Shown: piece by piece, positions 1 through 10,142 of the stretch
How the letters are laid out: every line of letters begins with the position of its first letter
How positions within the stretch are numbered: the first letter of the stretch is position 1
From: Planctomycetota bacterium
GTDB taxonomy: Bacteria > Planctomycetota > UBA8108 > SXIK01
Assembly (NCBI GenBank): GCA_965223265.1
Contig: OZ244999.1
Coordinates: forward strand, 960,001-1,024,000
DNA length: 64,000 nucleotides
Direction of reading: 5' to 3'
Position numbers and translations under genes: made by a program
Notes under the pieces: generated by a model
Database searches by the model: none
Told to the model about the DNA's origin: nothing
The model's input: only the letters and a program-made list of their open reading frames with translations

Positions 1-23
1 GCGAGCCCGCGTCTCCTTCGGCG

Positions 24-1403
24 TTGGTGGCTCTTTTCTGCTGCTCTCTCCTGTCGCTCATCATCGGTCCGAGATTCACCCTGGCTGACGAGGCGTGGCG
101 GGCGGGCGTCGCGAAAGCGAACATAACGCCGGAACAGTACATGTGGATGTCAGGTTACGGCAGTCGCAAGAAACCTGCGGCAGGGCGACTCACGGATCTA
201 TGGGCCAAAGCGCTCGCGATCACAGATTCGCGCGGCGATCGCGTCGTTTTTGTCTCGCTTGACTTGATTGGTCTTGATCGCGAGATCTCGCTGCAGATTC
301 GTGGGGATCTCAAGGCGCGCTTCGATCTTGAGTTTTCGCAAGTGTCACTATTGAGCTCACACACTCATACCGGCCCGGTCGTCAATCAGAACCTCGGCGC
401 GATGTTTTTCTTCGGCGACGATCAGAAGGCGCTTGTTGAAAGCTACGCGAAGCGCCTCCGGCGCGAAGTGGTCGCCGTTGTCGGGTCTGCGCTCGAGCGA
501 CTCGCGCCCGCCGAGCTCGCATGGGGTATCGGAAGGTCGACGTTCGCGGTCAATCGACGTGAGAATCGCGAGAAGGATGTGCCTTCGCTGCGCGCTGCTG
601 ACAACCTCAAGGGGCCAGTGGACCATGAAGTCCCCGTCCTGCGCGTCACGCGACAGGGTGTCGTCGATTCGATCGTCGTCGGCTACGCCTGCCACTGCAC
701 GGTGTTGAGTTTTCTCAAGTGGTCGGGCGATTACGCCGGCTTTGCGCAGCTCGAGCTCGAGGCGGCTTATCCAGGCGCGACGGCGCTTTTTTTCGCCGGC
801 TGTGGCGGCGACCAGAATCCACTACCGAGACGCTCACCGGCCCTCGCGAAGCAGTACGGCGACCGACTGGCAGCTGCCGCGAAGGACGTCGTGAACGGCA
901 ACATGTACCGGATCACCGGCACTCTTGCGCATCGATACGACGAGGTTGATCTCGCCTTCGCATCGCTTCCGAGTCGTGAGCAGCTGGAACTCACGGCCGC
1001 CGGTGACAACAAGTTCGAGGCCGGCCGGGCGCGACACCTTCTGCGCCAGATGGCACTTCGCGGACGCCTTAGTCCGACGTACCCGTACCCCGTTCAAACG
1101 TGGCGGCTGGGGCCGCATCTCATCGTCGTGAGCCTGGGAGGGGAAGTGGTCGTCGACTACTCGCTGCGCATCAAGAGTGAAATCGGCCCGGGAGCGACGT
1201 GGGTCGCGGCGTACGCCAATGACGTCATGGCTTACATCCCATCAAGACGCGTGCTCGCCGAGGGCGGATACGAAGGCGCGACCTCGATGATCTACTACGG
1301 GCAGCCGAGTCCATGGGCTCCCGAGCTCGAGGAGACGATCGTCGAGACCGTCCACGCCCAGGTCGCCGCACTCCGCGCCTCGGCCACAACCGAAGAGCGG
1401 TAG
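24..1403 (+). CDS. Neutral/alkaline ceramidase N-terminal-domain family protein (secreted)
   Basis: Motifs GVAKANITP, SHTHTGP, GYACHCT, GCGGDQNP and YANDVMAYIPS..GGYEG match this planctomycete-expanded family. Frame is open to the window edge, so the start may lie upstream. Confidence 0.8.
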   Translation: MVALFCCSLLSLIIGPRFTLADEAWRAGVAKANITPEQYMWMSGYGSRKKPAAGRLTDLWAKALAITDSRGDRVVFVSLDLIGLDREISLQIRGDLKARFDLEFSQVSLLSSHTHTGPVVNQNLGAMFFFGDDQKALVESYAKRLRREVVAVVGSALERLAPAELAWGIGRSTFAVNRRENREKDVPSLRAADNLKGPVDHEVPVLRVTRQGVVDSIVVGYACHCTVLSFLKWSGDYAGFAQLELEAAYPGATALFFAGCGGDQNPLPRRSPALAKQYGDRLAAAAKDVVNGNMYRITGTLAHRYDEVDLAFASLPSREQLELTAAGDNKFEAGRARHLLRQMALRGRLSPTYPYPVQTWRLGPHLIVVSLGGEVVVDYSLRIKSEIGPGATWVAAYANDVMAYIPSRRVLAEGGYEGATSMIYYGQPSPWAPELEETIVETVHAQVAALRASATTEER

Positions 1404-1441
1404 AGGCGGCGAGCCGCGAGATTGACGATCGCGGCGAGGGG

Positions 1442-2710
1442 CTATTCCGTTTCCGCCTTGGCGGCAGCGTCTTGGACGCCAGGCGGTTCCTCCGCGCCCG
1501 AACGCCAGCGATCGACGGACCTGGCGACGGCATCTGCCAGGTCGCGGCGGACTTGATAGATCTTGCGGTTTCGCCGCGTCGGATGAACGCGATTCGTCAA
1601 CAAAACGAGGTAGAGCTTCCTTTCGGGGTCGATCCAGATCGACGTTCCGGTGAACCCGGTGTGACCGAAAGAGCGTCTGCTGAAAAGGTCGCCGGCCGAG
1701 CTCTTGCCGGATGGCGTGTCCCAGCCGACGGCGCGGCTCGATCCGTCAACCAGATCGCAGCGTTCGGTGAATCGAAGCAGAAGGGCTTTAGGAAAGACCC
1801 GGCTGCGACCCGCCCGTCCGCGGAGGAGCTCGCGTGCCCACAGATGTGCGTCCTCGGCGGTCATGAAGAGCCCGGCATGTCCCGTCAGACCGGCCGCGGC
1901 GCGCGCGTTTTCGTCGTGCACGACGCCATGGACAAAGCTGGGCTGCACTCGGATGTCTTCCGCCCGTCCGTTCGCCGCCGCGAGCGCGGCGCGGTAGGCC
2001 GGGGTCCATTCGGTCGGCGCAATTCGGTTGACCAGCTGCGGCTGCGGGTTTCGCAACGTGTCGCGCATACCCAGTGGGACGAGGACGCGCTCCCGTTCCA
2101 GTTCGGCGAGAGGTTTTCCTCCGGCTCGCGCGGCGACTTCTCCGAGCAACATGAAGCCGATGTCGCTGTACCTTGCTCGGGTGCCCGGCGGCGCCTCCAA
2201 GCGTGTTGCCGCTGCGAGTCGGAGCGTTGCTTCATATCCTGGTGAAAGACGGAAGAAGGGACGTCCGGCAGGCAAGCCCGAGCAGTGCGCAAGAAGATGC
2301 TCGATCGTCACGCCGTCAAGGTTTGGAGACGCCTCCGGTAGCCATCTCGTCACCGGGTCGCCTAAGGCCAGATTGCCGTCGCGGACCAGCGTGAGCACCA
2401 CGCTCGTTGTGCCGAGCACCTTGGTCAGCGAGGCGAGGTCGTAAAGAGTGTCGGTACGCACGCGCGTTTGACCCTCGTAGGTGAGGTGCCCGTACGCCGC
2501 CGTCCAGAGGGTTGTGTCCGCGGTACCGACAGCTACGGTGCAGCCGGGAAAAGCGCCGGCGTCGATCGCTCGCTCGAGAACCTCTTGCGACTCGCTCCAG
2601 TTCGGAGAATTTGCCTGTGCACCGGCGAGCGCGGTGCCGACGCCGCCAAGCACGAGGAGCAGCAGCCCGATCGATCCAACGGCGGGGAACCGATAATGAG
2701 CGATTTCGCG
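1442..2710 (-). CDS. Serine hydrolase, beta-lactamase (class C-like) family, secreted
   Basis: SxxK (ASLTK), YSD and GHTGFTG motifs, with a hydrophobic signal-like segment LLLLVLGGVGTALA. Start is approximate (~2700); the ORF-track extension to 3133 overlaps the divergent gene. Confidence 0.85.
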   Translation of the reverse strand, partial: REIAHYRFPAVGSIGLLLLVLGGVGTALAGAQANSPNWSESQEVLERAIDAGAFPGCTVAVGTADTTLWTAAYGHLTYEGQTRVRTDTLYDLASLTKVLGTTSVVLTLVRDGNLALGDPVTRWLPEASPNLDGVTIEHLLAHCSGLPAGRPFFRLSPGYEATLRLAAATRLEAPPGTRARYSDIGFMLLGEVAARAGGKPLAELERERVLVPLGMRDTLRNPQPQLVNRIAPTEWTPAYRAALAAANGRAEDIRVQPSFVHGVVHDENARAAAGLTGHAGLFMTAEDAHLWARELLRGRAGRSRVFPKALLLRFTERCDLVDGSSRAVGWDTPSGKSSAGDLFSRRSFGHTGFTGTSIWIDPERKLYLVLLTNRVHPTRRNRKIYQVRRDLADAVARSVDRWRSGAEEPPGVQDAAAKAETE

Positions 2711-2776
2711 GTGTTGCGCGCGGATTCGGGCCAGGTGCGAAAAGGTTCGCAGTGGCCGCAGCCGACGAAACAAGGC

Positions 2777-4066
2777 ATGACGCAAGGCTCTTTCGTTCCA
2801 CCCGGCGACGCCGGACTGAAGATCCTTTTGGTGGCTGGAACCCACGGCTTTCCTCCATCGCGAACACGACTTGAGCGTGTGAGGGAGCTCGCCGGCCAGC
2901 TGGCTTTGCGTCAGGCTTTGGTTCACGTGGTGCTCCTTGCTGAGAAGCGGGTCAGCGGCCTGGACGAGCAGAAGGTAGAACAAGTGCGACCATGGTGTCA
3001 CGACCTTCGCATCGTTGAGCATCCATCGGAGCACTCGGGCTTTCACCGCGCCCTCCACAGCGCCGGTGAATTCATCGGCGAAAAGCTCATGCGGCGGCCC
3101 GCCAACACGGTGCGCTGGCAACACTGTCCGCAAAAGTTGTTACGCATCTTGCACAGCGAGTATGCTCCCCGCAACTATTTGGCTGTGATCGCGATTGGCG
3201 CGCCGATGGCACTGGCCCTGCGAGAGTTCTCGCGCTGGACGTCAAAGATCGTCGATTTACCGCGAGTCGCGAGCGCCTGTCACTCGAGTCACGCGTCACA
3301 CGGGCGGGGCGATGTGTTCAAGCCATTCGCCGATGCTACTTCGGAACTTCAGCTGCTCGACGAGGCGGACTTCTGTGTGGTGGCGTGCCAAAAGGACGCT
3401 GCGGTGCTGCGCAGCGAAGGGTTTTTGCGTGACGCCGTCCTCGTGCCGCCGACTGGGTCGGGTGCCGTCCTTTCGGCCGTGACGTCCTCACGCCCACCGG
3501 CTGAGACGCCGCGGCCGCCCCGGATACTGTGCGTGGCGACGGAGTCAGTGGCCGATCTCGACGGGCTCCGGTGGTTTCGGCGGGATGTCTTTCCGCGGAT
3601 ACAGCGCGCCGTTCCAACCTGTAGACTGAGGATCGTTGGCGAAGGAGCCAGGCACATCGACCCCGACGACTCTGTTGACCGCGTTGGTTGGGCTACGTCG
3701 CTCCACGACGAGTACGGGCGTGCAGCGGTCGTCGCATTGCCGCTGCGCATGGGCGGCGGCCTACGGCGGCGGGCGGTTGAGGCGCTCTCTCACGGAAAAA
3801 CTCTCGTCACCACTCCCACCGGCGCTTGGGGGATCGCTTTGAGACCGATGACAGATGCCGTTGTCGCCGACGAGCCATCGCAACTGGCGACAGAGGCTGC
3901 GCGGGTTCTCACCAGTGACGACCTTCGCCGCCAATACGAACTCCACGCCTTGGCGCTCGCGCGACGAGACTTTCATCCGACGAGGGCGATGGCTCCGCTG
4001 TGCAGCCTACTCGGTCTGCCGATCCTTCCTGTCGAGACCGCCGACAGGCAACCAGTCCCAGTTTGA
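2777..4066 (+). CDS. Glycosyltransferase, GT-B/GT4-like
   Basis: C-terminal half DGLRWF..VFPRI..LRIVG, PLRMGGG..AVEALSHGKTLVTT typical of Glyco_trans_1_4. ATG at 2777. Confidence 0.75.
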   Translation: MTQGSFVPPGDAGLKILLVAGTHGFPPSRTRLERVRELAGQLALRQALVHVVLLAEKRVSGLDEQKVEQVRPWCHDLRIVEHPSEHSGFHRALHSAGEFIGEKLMRRPANTVRWQHCPQKLLRILHSEYAPRNYLAVIAIGAPMALALREFSRWTSKIVDLPRVASACHSSHASHGRGDVFKPFADATSELQLLDEADFCVVACQKDAAVLRSEGFLRDAVLVPPTGSGAVLSAVTSSRPPAETPRPPRILCVATESVADLDGLRWFRRDVFPRIQRAVPTCRLRIVGEGARHIDPDDSVDRVGWATSLHDEYGRAAVVALPLRMGGGLRRRAVEALSHGKTLVTTPTGAWGIALRPMTDAVVADEPSQLATEAARVLTSDDLRRQYELHALALARRDFHPTRAMAPLCSLLGLPILPVETADRQPVPV

Positions 4067-4115
4067 AGTCAAAGCCGCTACCGTGACGCCCCCTTCTGGA
4101 AACGATCGTGACCGA

Positions 4116-4379
4116 ATGAGCGCGGCATGGGACGAGCTCTTTGCCGCCGGGGCAGCGGGGTACCGAGAGTCAGGCCGTGGCGTGGTCTACGTCCACGAGT
4201 GGACGGAGGTTCCACGCTACGTGGCCAAGAGTGAGGCCGCGATTTACTTTCAGGAACCGAATCTTGTCAGAATCGTCGAAAGCTACGATCCGCGCCGACA
4301 GATCGTCGTCGTCATTCGGCGCGTCGAAGCGGATGGGGCCCAAGTCTTCACGCGATACGAGCTGACGAAATCGGAGTGA
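4116..4379 (+). CDS. Hypothetical protein (~87 aa)
   Basis: Protein-like composition (GRGVVYV..YDPRRQIVVVI); fills the gap between the glycosyltransferase and the convergent gene. Confidence 0.55.
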   Translation: MSAAWDELFAAGAAGYRESGRGVVYVHEWTEVPRYVAKSEAAIYFQEPNLVRIVESYDPRRQIVVVIRRVEADGAQVFTRYELTKSE

Positions 4380-4396
4380 GACATAGAGCACGCACG

Positions 4397-4999
4397 CTAC
4401 ACGCCGAGGAACTCGCTCATGTGCTGGTCGTACAGCTGACTGTCCTTTTCCGCCATCAAGTTCAGACGTAGCTCGTTGATCAGCTTGACGCTCACTCCTA
4501 TCCATTCCTTCCAGCATGCCGTGCAGATCGATGCGTGGATGCGATGCCCCAGGTCTGATTTGAACGGCGGAGCGTTGAGCGGCATGCCTGCCCGCGCGCA
4601 GCGCTTGCAGACGAAGTCGCCGGATTCGGGGGCGCCACGGTCTGCAGCACTCTCTTCGTTGGGTGCTGCCACCGAAACGGTGACTCCTTCGGCCTGAAGA
4701 ATGTCGCGCATGGCGTTTAGAGGCATAAGTTCCCCCCGCCGGTTGGCGACCTCGACCCCGCGCTCCAGGATCTCGACGGCCTCCTCCCGCCGTCCTTGTT
4801 TCAAGAGCGCTTCGCCCAAAAACCGGTACGAGAGCGAATGATCGGGATTCAGCTCGAGCGTTCGGCGAAGAGATGTTTCGGCGTCAGCGAATGTGCCCAT
4901 TTCAAAATGCGCTTTTCCGAGGCTGAAGTGCGCCAGCTCGTTGTCCGGGTCGGCTGCGGCCATCTTCTCGAAGTTCGCGAGCCTCTGTTTCGGGTCCAT
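4397..4999 (-). CDS. TPR protein fused to a YggX-like Fe(II)-trafficking domain
   Basis: N-terminal TPRs (DPDNELAHFSLG, PDHSLSYRFLG); C-terminal PPFKSDLGHRI..ICTACWKEW..LINELRLNL is the YggX signature. Confidence 0.8.
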   Translation of the reverse strand: MDPKQRLANFEKMAAADPDNELAHFSLGKAHFEMGTFADAETSLRRTLELNPDHSLSYRFLGEALLKQGRREEAVEILERGVEVANRRGELMPLNAMRDILQAEGVTVSVAAPNEESAADRGAPESGDFVCKRCARAGMPLNAPPFKSDLGHRIHASICTACWKEWIGVSVKLINELRLNLMAEKDSQLYDQHMSEFLGV

Positions 5000-5015
5000 A
5001 GTCGTTTCGTCCTGG

Positions 5016-6017
5016 CTAGGTGTGAACTATCTCGAGCAGGTTTTCGCCGAAGATGCGCGACTTCGCGGCCGCCTCGACACCGAGACGATCGACGACTTCG
5101 AGCTGAAGGAGGAAAAGGTCGCGGCGCCAACCGCGCGGAAACGTCGATGAGTCTGTTCCGAAGAGGATACGCTCGGGCCCGAAGACTTGCAGGGAGCGGG
5201 CGAACACCTCGTCCAGAGTGAGACCGCCGGCCGCAGTCTTCATCCACGAGTTTGAGCTTGAGGTGTCGACGTAGATGTTGCGGCTTTGCGCTCCGGCCAT
5301 GAGGGCGTCGCCAAAAAAACCGCCACCGAAGTGCGGCAACACGAATCGCGTCCGTCGATGCCGCTCCGCCGCCGCCACGACGTTGGTCGGACGTGCCGTG
5401 CGCGGATCATAGGCGGGGCGGATGCCGAGTTGGTCGCGGAGCGGAACGTGCAAGAGGCCGCAGTGCACGACTACCGGGGCAGACTTGGAACCGGCTTCCT
5501 CGAAGAGCGGGTCGAGACGCTGGTCACTCGGGTCGACATGCTGCATCGCAGGAAAGAGTAGCACACCACGAAATCCACTACGTAGCGCCTCGACGGCAGC
5601 TTCTATGCCATGCTCGCTGCGCATGTCGGCAGCGACGTAGGGGATCAACCGCGCTGGAAATCGCGTCGTCGCCTCCGCCACGGCAGCGCTCTCTCCCGGA
5701 GCGCTGGCAAACACCACTGCGTGCTCGACCCCGTTGCGGTCGAACTCCAAAATCCAACGAGCGGCATGATTCTCCGGTGACTCGTCTGGAAGCTCGAAGC
5801 CCATCGCATCCCTCGCTTCCGAGAGCAGCGCATCGCGTTCCCGCCCACTCACGGCACTGGCTTCGTCGGCGAGGAGGTTAAAGAATTGACGTGAAAAAAA
5901 ATGAGTGTGTGCGTCGCAGATAAGCACGGTTTCCTCCGGTGTTGAGGCAGCGCTGTGCCGCACGTCCTTATCGTCCTTGGGTGCTGAGATTGTTGCAGAC
6001 GCGGTGCGGATCGACAA
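5016..6017 (-). CDS. Amidohydrolase family protein (Amidohydro_2)
   Basis: DAHTH, VVHCG, LPHFGG, YVDTS and RILFGTDS motifs. Confidence 0.85.
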   Translation of the reverse strand: MSIRTASATISAPKDDKDVRHSAASTPEETVLICDAHTHFFSRQFFNLLADEASAVSGRERDALLSEARDAMGFELPDESPENHAARWILEFDRNGVEHAVVFASAPGESAAVAEATTRFPARLIPYVAADMRSEHGIEAAVEALRSGFRGVLLFPAMQHVDPSDQRLDPLFEEAGSKSAPVVVHCGLLHVPLRDQLGIRPAYDPRTARPTNVVAAAERHRRTRFVLPHFGGGFFGDALMAGAQSRNIYVDTSSSNSWMKTAAGGLTLDEVFARSLQVFGPERILFGTDSSTFPRGWRRDLFLLQLEVVDRLGVEAAAKSRIFGENLLEIVHT

Positions 6018-6240
6018 GATGTGGCAGTGCTATGGGGCTCCATGGTGTTCGCCGGGCCGACGGAATGTCTCGAATGGGCGTCGCTTGCCGCTTTACCGTG
6101 GCTCTCTTGATACCTCGCCAACTCCGTGGCATGTTTGCATAGATTGTACGCACTCGACGGGCGGGAATCGCATCCCGCACCGCGGTCTGCGAATGCGCTG
6201 ACAGGTCAATCCGCAAGGTCCGGAAAACGAGCCTCAAAAG

Positions 6241-7050
6241 ATGGAGAAAAACATAGTTCTGATCGGCGCAGGCAACATGGGCGGAGCCCTTCTGCGCGGA
6301 GTCTTGGCTGGAAGCCTCAACCCGGCCGCGAAGACCGCGGTTGTCGATCCGCAGCCGCAGCTGCGCGCCGCGATCGAGAAGGAACTCGGGGTGCGTACTG
6401 CGGCGACGGCGGATCGTTTTGTCGGCGACGCGGATATCCTGATCGTTGCGGTCAAGCCGTTCGTGCTCGCTGACGTGCTTGATGGCATCAAGGATCTCGT
6501 CCGGCCGACGCAATTGATCGTGTCAGTGGTCGCGGGTGTTCAATCCCAGACGATCCAGAGCCGACTGGGTCAACCGATCCCGCTCGTTCGTGTGATGCCG
6601 AACATCGCTGCCACTGTGGGAGCTTCGGCCAGCGCCGTCGCGGCGTGTCCGCCGACCACGACGGAGCAGGTGGACATGGCGCGCGCTCTCTTCAGTGCGG
6701 TCGGTGAAGTCGTCGAGGTGAGCGAAGAGCAGCTCGACGCAGTCACGGGACTCAGCGGCAGTGGGCCGGCCTACGTCTACAGCGTCATCGAGGCCCTTGC
6801 GGACGGCGGCGTACGGATGGGCCTTGCGCGCGATGTGGCTCTTCGCCTGGCCGCACAGACGGTGCTTGGTGCGGCGCGTTTGGTTCTCGAGTCCGGTGAG
6901 CACCCGGCAGTCCTGCGCGATCGCGTGACGACACCCGCGGGCACGACGATTCACGGCCTTCATGCTCTCGAGCGCGGCGGCCTCCGGGCAGCGCTGATTG
7001 ACGCCGTGGCCGCAGCGACCGAGCGTTCCATTGCGCTACGCGAGGTGTGA
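6241..7050 (+). CDS. proC: Pyrroline-5-carboxylate reductase
   Basis: IGAGNMG, AVKP, RVMPN, GLSGSGPAY and VTTPAGTT motifs. Confidence 0.97.
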   Translation: MEKNIVLIGAGNMGGALLRGVLAGSLNPAAKTAVVDPQPQLRAAIEKELGVRTAATADRFVGDADILIVAVKPFVLADVLDGIKDLVRPTQLIVSVVAGVQSQTIQSRLGQPIPLVRVMPNIAATVGASASAVAACPPTTTEQVDMARALFSAVGEVVEVSEEQLDAVTGLSGSGPAYVYSVIEALADGGVRMGLARDVALRLAAQTVLGAARLVLESGEHPAVLRDRVTTPAGTTIHGLHALERGGLRAALIDAVAAATERSIALREV

Positions 7051-7081
7051 GATTCTTGAAGTGTGGCTGCTCGGAGACGGA

Positions 7082-7507
7082 ACCAGAGGTAGAGGCAGAA
7101 TCAGAGGCAGAATCAGAATCAGACCCGACAGTTACATAAGTTTTCGCAGGAAGGGCTCAGAAACCCTTTCCCTGAGGTTCGATCGGCAGTTGAAGGACGT
7201 CGCGGCGGACCTCACGTTTGGTGAGGTTGACGGTGTGCCGTGTTCCCCCTCGCCCACGCACACCCACACGCAAACTCTCACTCAATCGCAATCGCGCACG
7301 GTCTTAAGGCGCGTCTCTTTTGCAACGTTGGAATGAGAGACGGATCACAGGGACAGACACAGATTCAGATTCAGATTCAGACACAGATGCAGAAGCAGAG
7401 ACGGACACAGATGCAGAACCAGCGGCTGGAAGCGCTGCGAAAAGCATCTGCTCAGAAAGCCGCGGTCGCTTCGGAGCCTCGCTCAGTGATTGAGGTTGCG
7501 GAGAAGA
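7082..7507. repeat. Intergenic hexamer-periodic arrays plus a 39-bp box shared with 48436-48474
   Basis: AGAGGC/AGAATC run at ~7085-7125, CCCACG/CAAAC-like run at ~7251-7300, CAGANN run at ~7345-7421, box at 7469-7507. Confidence 0.75.
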
Positions 7508-7611
7508 CCGTGACCGTGAGTTTCGGCCACGTCTTTAAAAACTCACAGCCTCGGCTTGTGCCCGCTACTTTAGGAAACCGTCCAGGCCCACGCTCACGCA
7601 AACGCCGTGCG

Positions 7612-8268
7612 TCAATGACGGGGGTTTGGTAGCGCAGCCTCGAGGCAGAGGACAACCGTGAGGAGCTGCTGTGGCTCCTCCGAGCGCAAAAGCTCGACCT
7701 GATAATTGCTCTTCGAGTTTGTGCCGTCGGTGTTTGTCTTCGTCACCATAGCGACGAGCTTGCCGTCGCGTCTTAGTTCGTAGTCGCGTTCGGCGAGATC
7801 GCCGTGGATGCGTAAGCCACGCGCGTCGCCACGGATTCTGAGACTCGGTCGATCTCGTTTGCGGCTGGACTCCTCGATGCTGAGCCAGGGGCGACCGTCG
7901 ATGCGAGCGCACAGGCGTGGCTTGAAGATTCCGGTGCGATAGATCTCGACACGACTTTCGATTTTCTCGGCGGCGTCGCGTGCGCGGCCAGCGTATTCAA
8001 GCTCCCAGTGGCGGGAATAGAGTGAACGGGCGAGGAATCGCGCGTCGCCGTCGTTCTCGACAGCGACCAGGGATTCCCGCGGATCGAACTCGTGCAGCGG
8101 CGTCGCGGAAACGCTAAAAACGCGCCAGCGTGGAAGCGGTTTGGCTGGCTCGTCCCGTGGGCTCTTGGAGTTTTCCCCGAGATTCGACACGAGGATCAGG
8201 ATGATCACAAGCGCCCCTGCAGCGGCTGCGACCATCCACAAGTCCAGCGATTCCACAAACGCTTCCAT
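7612..8268 (-). CDS. Membrane-anchored protein with a LURP-one/Tubby C-terminal-like domain
   Basis: N-terminal TM helix; C-terminal GDLAERDYELRRDGKLVAMVTK..YQVEL..LLTVVLCLE resembles the LURP-one/scramblase family. ATG at 8268. Confidence 0.6.
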   Translation of the reverse strand: MEAFVESLDLWMVAAAAGALVIILILVSNLGENSKSPRDEPAKPLPRWRVFSVSATPLHEFDPRESLVAVENDGDARFLARSLYSRHWELEYAGRARDAAEKIESRVEIYRTGIFKPRLCARIDGRPWLSIEESSRKRDRPSLRIRGDARGLRIHGDLAERDYELRRDGKLVAMVTKTNTDGTNSKSNYQVELLRSEEPQQLLTVVLCLEAALPNPRH

Positions 8269-8720
8269 GTGCCTCGACCGTCTCTTCGTGTGCGTGGGGA
8301 GTTTCGCCCTGCGCTCCTTGAGCGCGCTCCTCTCTCTTTTTTCGGCATCGGAGCGCGAACCCCTCACCAGCGCGTCGTTCCGATAGTGCGATTGGCCGCT
8401 CCAGCTTCCCGAACACCCGCCTGTTCGCGCCGCCGTTGCCTTGGATGGGTTTCGCAACTGTGCGATAATGCTCGGCACAACGCAGCGCCGGTGCCGGGGA
8501 CGCCATGAGCCGGTGGGCGGAGGTGTTGTGGGCGATCCCCAACGGGGTCGCAGCGGCCCTCCACTGACGCGGAGAGAAGATCGGAGTCATCACGATGCAA
8601 CTATGGAGTGTCTTTCTCGCCGCGGTTTCAGCTCCGCGGCACGTCACACTTCGCCCCTTCGACGTGGCGGGGCGGCGCTTGTTTTCAGCGCGCCACTCGA
8701 GCCGCGAGCGCGTCGCCGGT

Positions 8721-10142
8721 ATGCCACACAGCTCGGCTCCGCAGGCTCTCTGGCTCGCAGTCTGTGTCCTGGGCGCGCTTTTTTTTGCCGCGTCGGTCCG
8801 TGTGATCGCGACGGAGTCTGGAGAAGCACCGGATCCCAAGACTACGACCTACTACGGCGATGTTGAACCGATCGTCAAGGAGCGCTGCATTGGGTGCCAC
8901 GCTGGGGACCGTCCAAAGGCTCGACTCAATTTAGAGAGCCTCGAGGCCTTTCTTGAAGGTGGTCGCAAAGGTCCGGCTCTCGTCCCTGGGAAACCTGATG
9001 AGAGCCTGGTGTACTTGCTGATTGCAGGCGAGAAGAAGCCGATCATGCCGCCTAAGAAGGAAGGGCCCTTGTCCGCGGAGCAGATCGCAGTATTCAAGGC
9101 GTGGATCGTTGGCGGCTGTGCTCCCGGCGAAAAGAAAGTCGAGGTCGCGCCCTATTCGCAGCCCATTGCCGTTCCCATGTACAGTCGTGCACCGGCTGTC
9201 ACGGCGATGACCTATGGTCCCGAGGGAAAGAAGCTCTACGTTGCCGGATACCATGAGATCCTCGTGCACGACATGGCCGACGTCGCAGAGGCGAGTGACG
9301 ACACCAAGGTGGACAAGTCGACGCCAAGCGCGCGGTTTTTGGGTGAGGCCGAGAGCCTGTACAACCTGCAGATCTCTCCCGATGGTCGTTTTTTGGCGGC
9401 GGTTGGCGGCAGCCCCGCGCGCTTTGGTGAGCTGCAGGTCTGGGAGCTGGCGAGTGGCCAGCTGCACCGCTGGTCGCGCCACGGGAGCGATTGTCTCTAC
9501 GCGCTTTCGTTTTCTCCCGACGGCAAACGACTCGTCGTGGGCGGAACGGACCGGGCACTCCACGTGCTCGATTTTGAAAGCGGCAAAGAGCTCTTCGCGT
9601 CGGAGATTCACTCCGATTGGGTTTTCGGCGCCACCTTTAGCGCCGACGGTTCGCGGTTGGCGTCGGCAGGGCGCGACAAGACAGTCAAGGTCAGTGCTGC
9701 CGAAGATGGAAAGTTTCTCAAGAACCTCGCGACGCTAGGCGGTCCGGTGATGCGCGTCGTGGCGCGCCCTGGAAGTCAGCAGTTCGTCATCGCCTCGGAT
9801 TCGAAGCAGGCGATTCTCTACGATGCCAAAGAGCTGAAGGAGATTCGTAAACTCGAGGATCAGAGCGGCCCGGTGCTTGCCGCGGCATTTTCGCAGGACG
9901 GGAAGCAGGTCGCAGTCGGCGGCGCGAGCAAGGAGGTGAGGGTGTACGATGCCGACCACGGCAAGCGGCAATGGACGTTGACCGGACCAGCGGATTGGGT
10001 GTACGCCATTGCGTTTCGGCCGGACGGCAAACAACTCGCGGCGTCAGGCTACGATGGGATCGTTCACCTCTTCGACCTGGAGTCCGGCAAGGCGATCCGC
10101 AGTTTCAGCTCTGTGCCAGTGGGACGTTTCCGGCGCTTCTGA
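8721..10142 (+). CDS. Planctomycete cytochrome C domain plus WD40 repeats
   Basis: CIGCH heme motif, VPGKPDES, MPP..WI..G (PSCyt1 pattern), then several WD40 repeats (FSPDG..). Start may be 8595 or 8721. Confidence 0.85.
   Translation: MPHSSAPQALWLAVCVLGALFFAASVRVIATESGEAPDPKTTTYYGDVEPIVKERCIGCHAGDRPKARLNLESLEAFLEGGRKGPALVPGKPDESLVYLLIAGEKKPIMPPKKEGPLSAEQIAVFKAWIVGGCAPGEKKVEVAPYSQPIAVPMYSRAPAVTAMTYGPEGKKLYVAGYHEILVHDMADVAEASDDTKVDKSTPSARFLGEAESLYNLQISPDGRFLAAVGGSPARFGELQVWELASGQLHRWSRHGSDCLYALSFSPDGKRLVVGGTDRALHVLDFESGKELFASEIHSDWVFGATFSADGSRLASAGRDKTVKVSAAEDGKFLKNLATLGGPVMRVVARPGSQQFVIASDSKQAILYDAKELKEIRKLEDQSGPVLAAAFSQDGKQVAVGGASKEVRVYDADHGKRQWTLTGPADWVYAIAFRPDGKQLAASGYDGIVHLFDLESGKAIRSFSSVPVGRFRRF

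Noticed and set aside
1313-2245. Long antisense ORFs here and at 13269-14440, 15065-16012, 34938-35948 and 50688-51470
   Set aside because: They lie opposite well-supported genes and have no recognisable motifs, which is typical of high-GC shadow frames.
2468-3133. Apparent long overlap of two divergent ORFs
   Set aside because: Family-like sequence begins at about 2700 on the minus strand and 2777 on the plus strand; the extensions are open by chance in GC-rich DNA.
7240-7632. Q-alternating or RG/RI-repeat microproteins
   Set aside because: They are translations of the hexamer arrays, and the box shared with 48.4 kb shows no synonymous substitution pattern.
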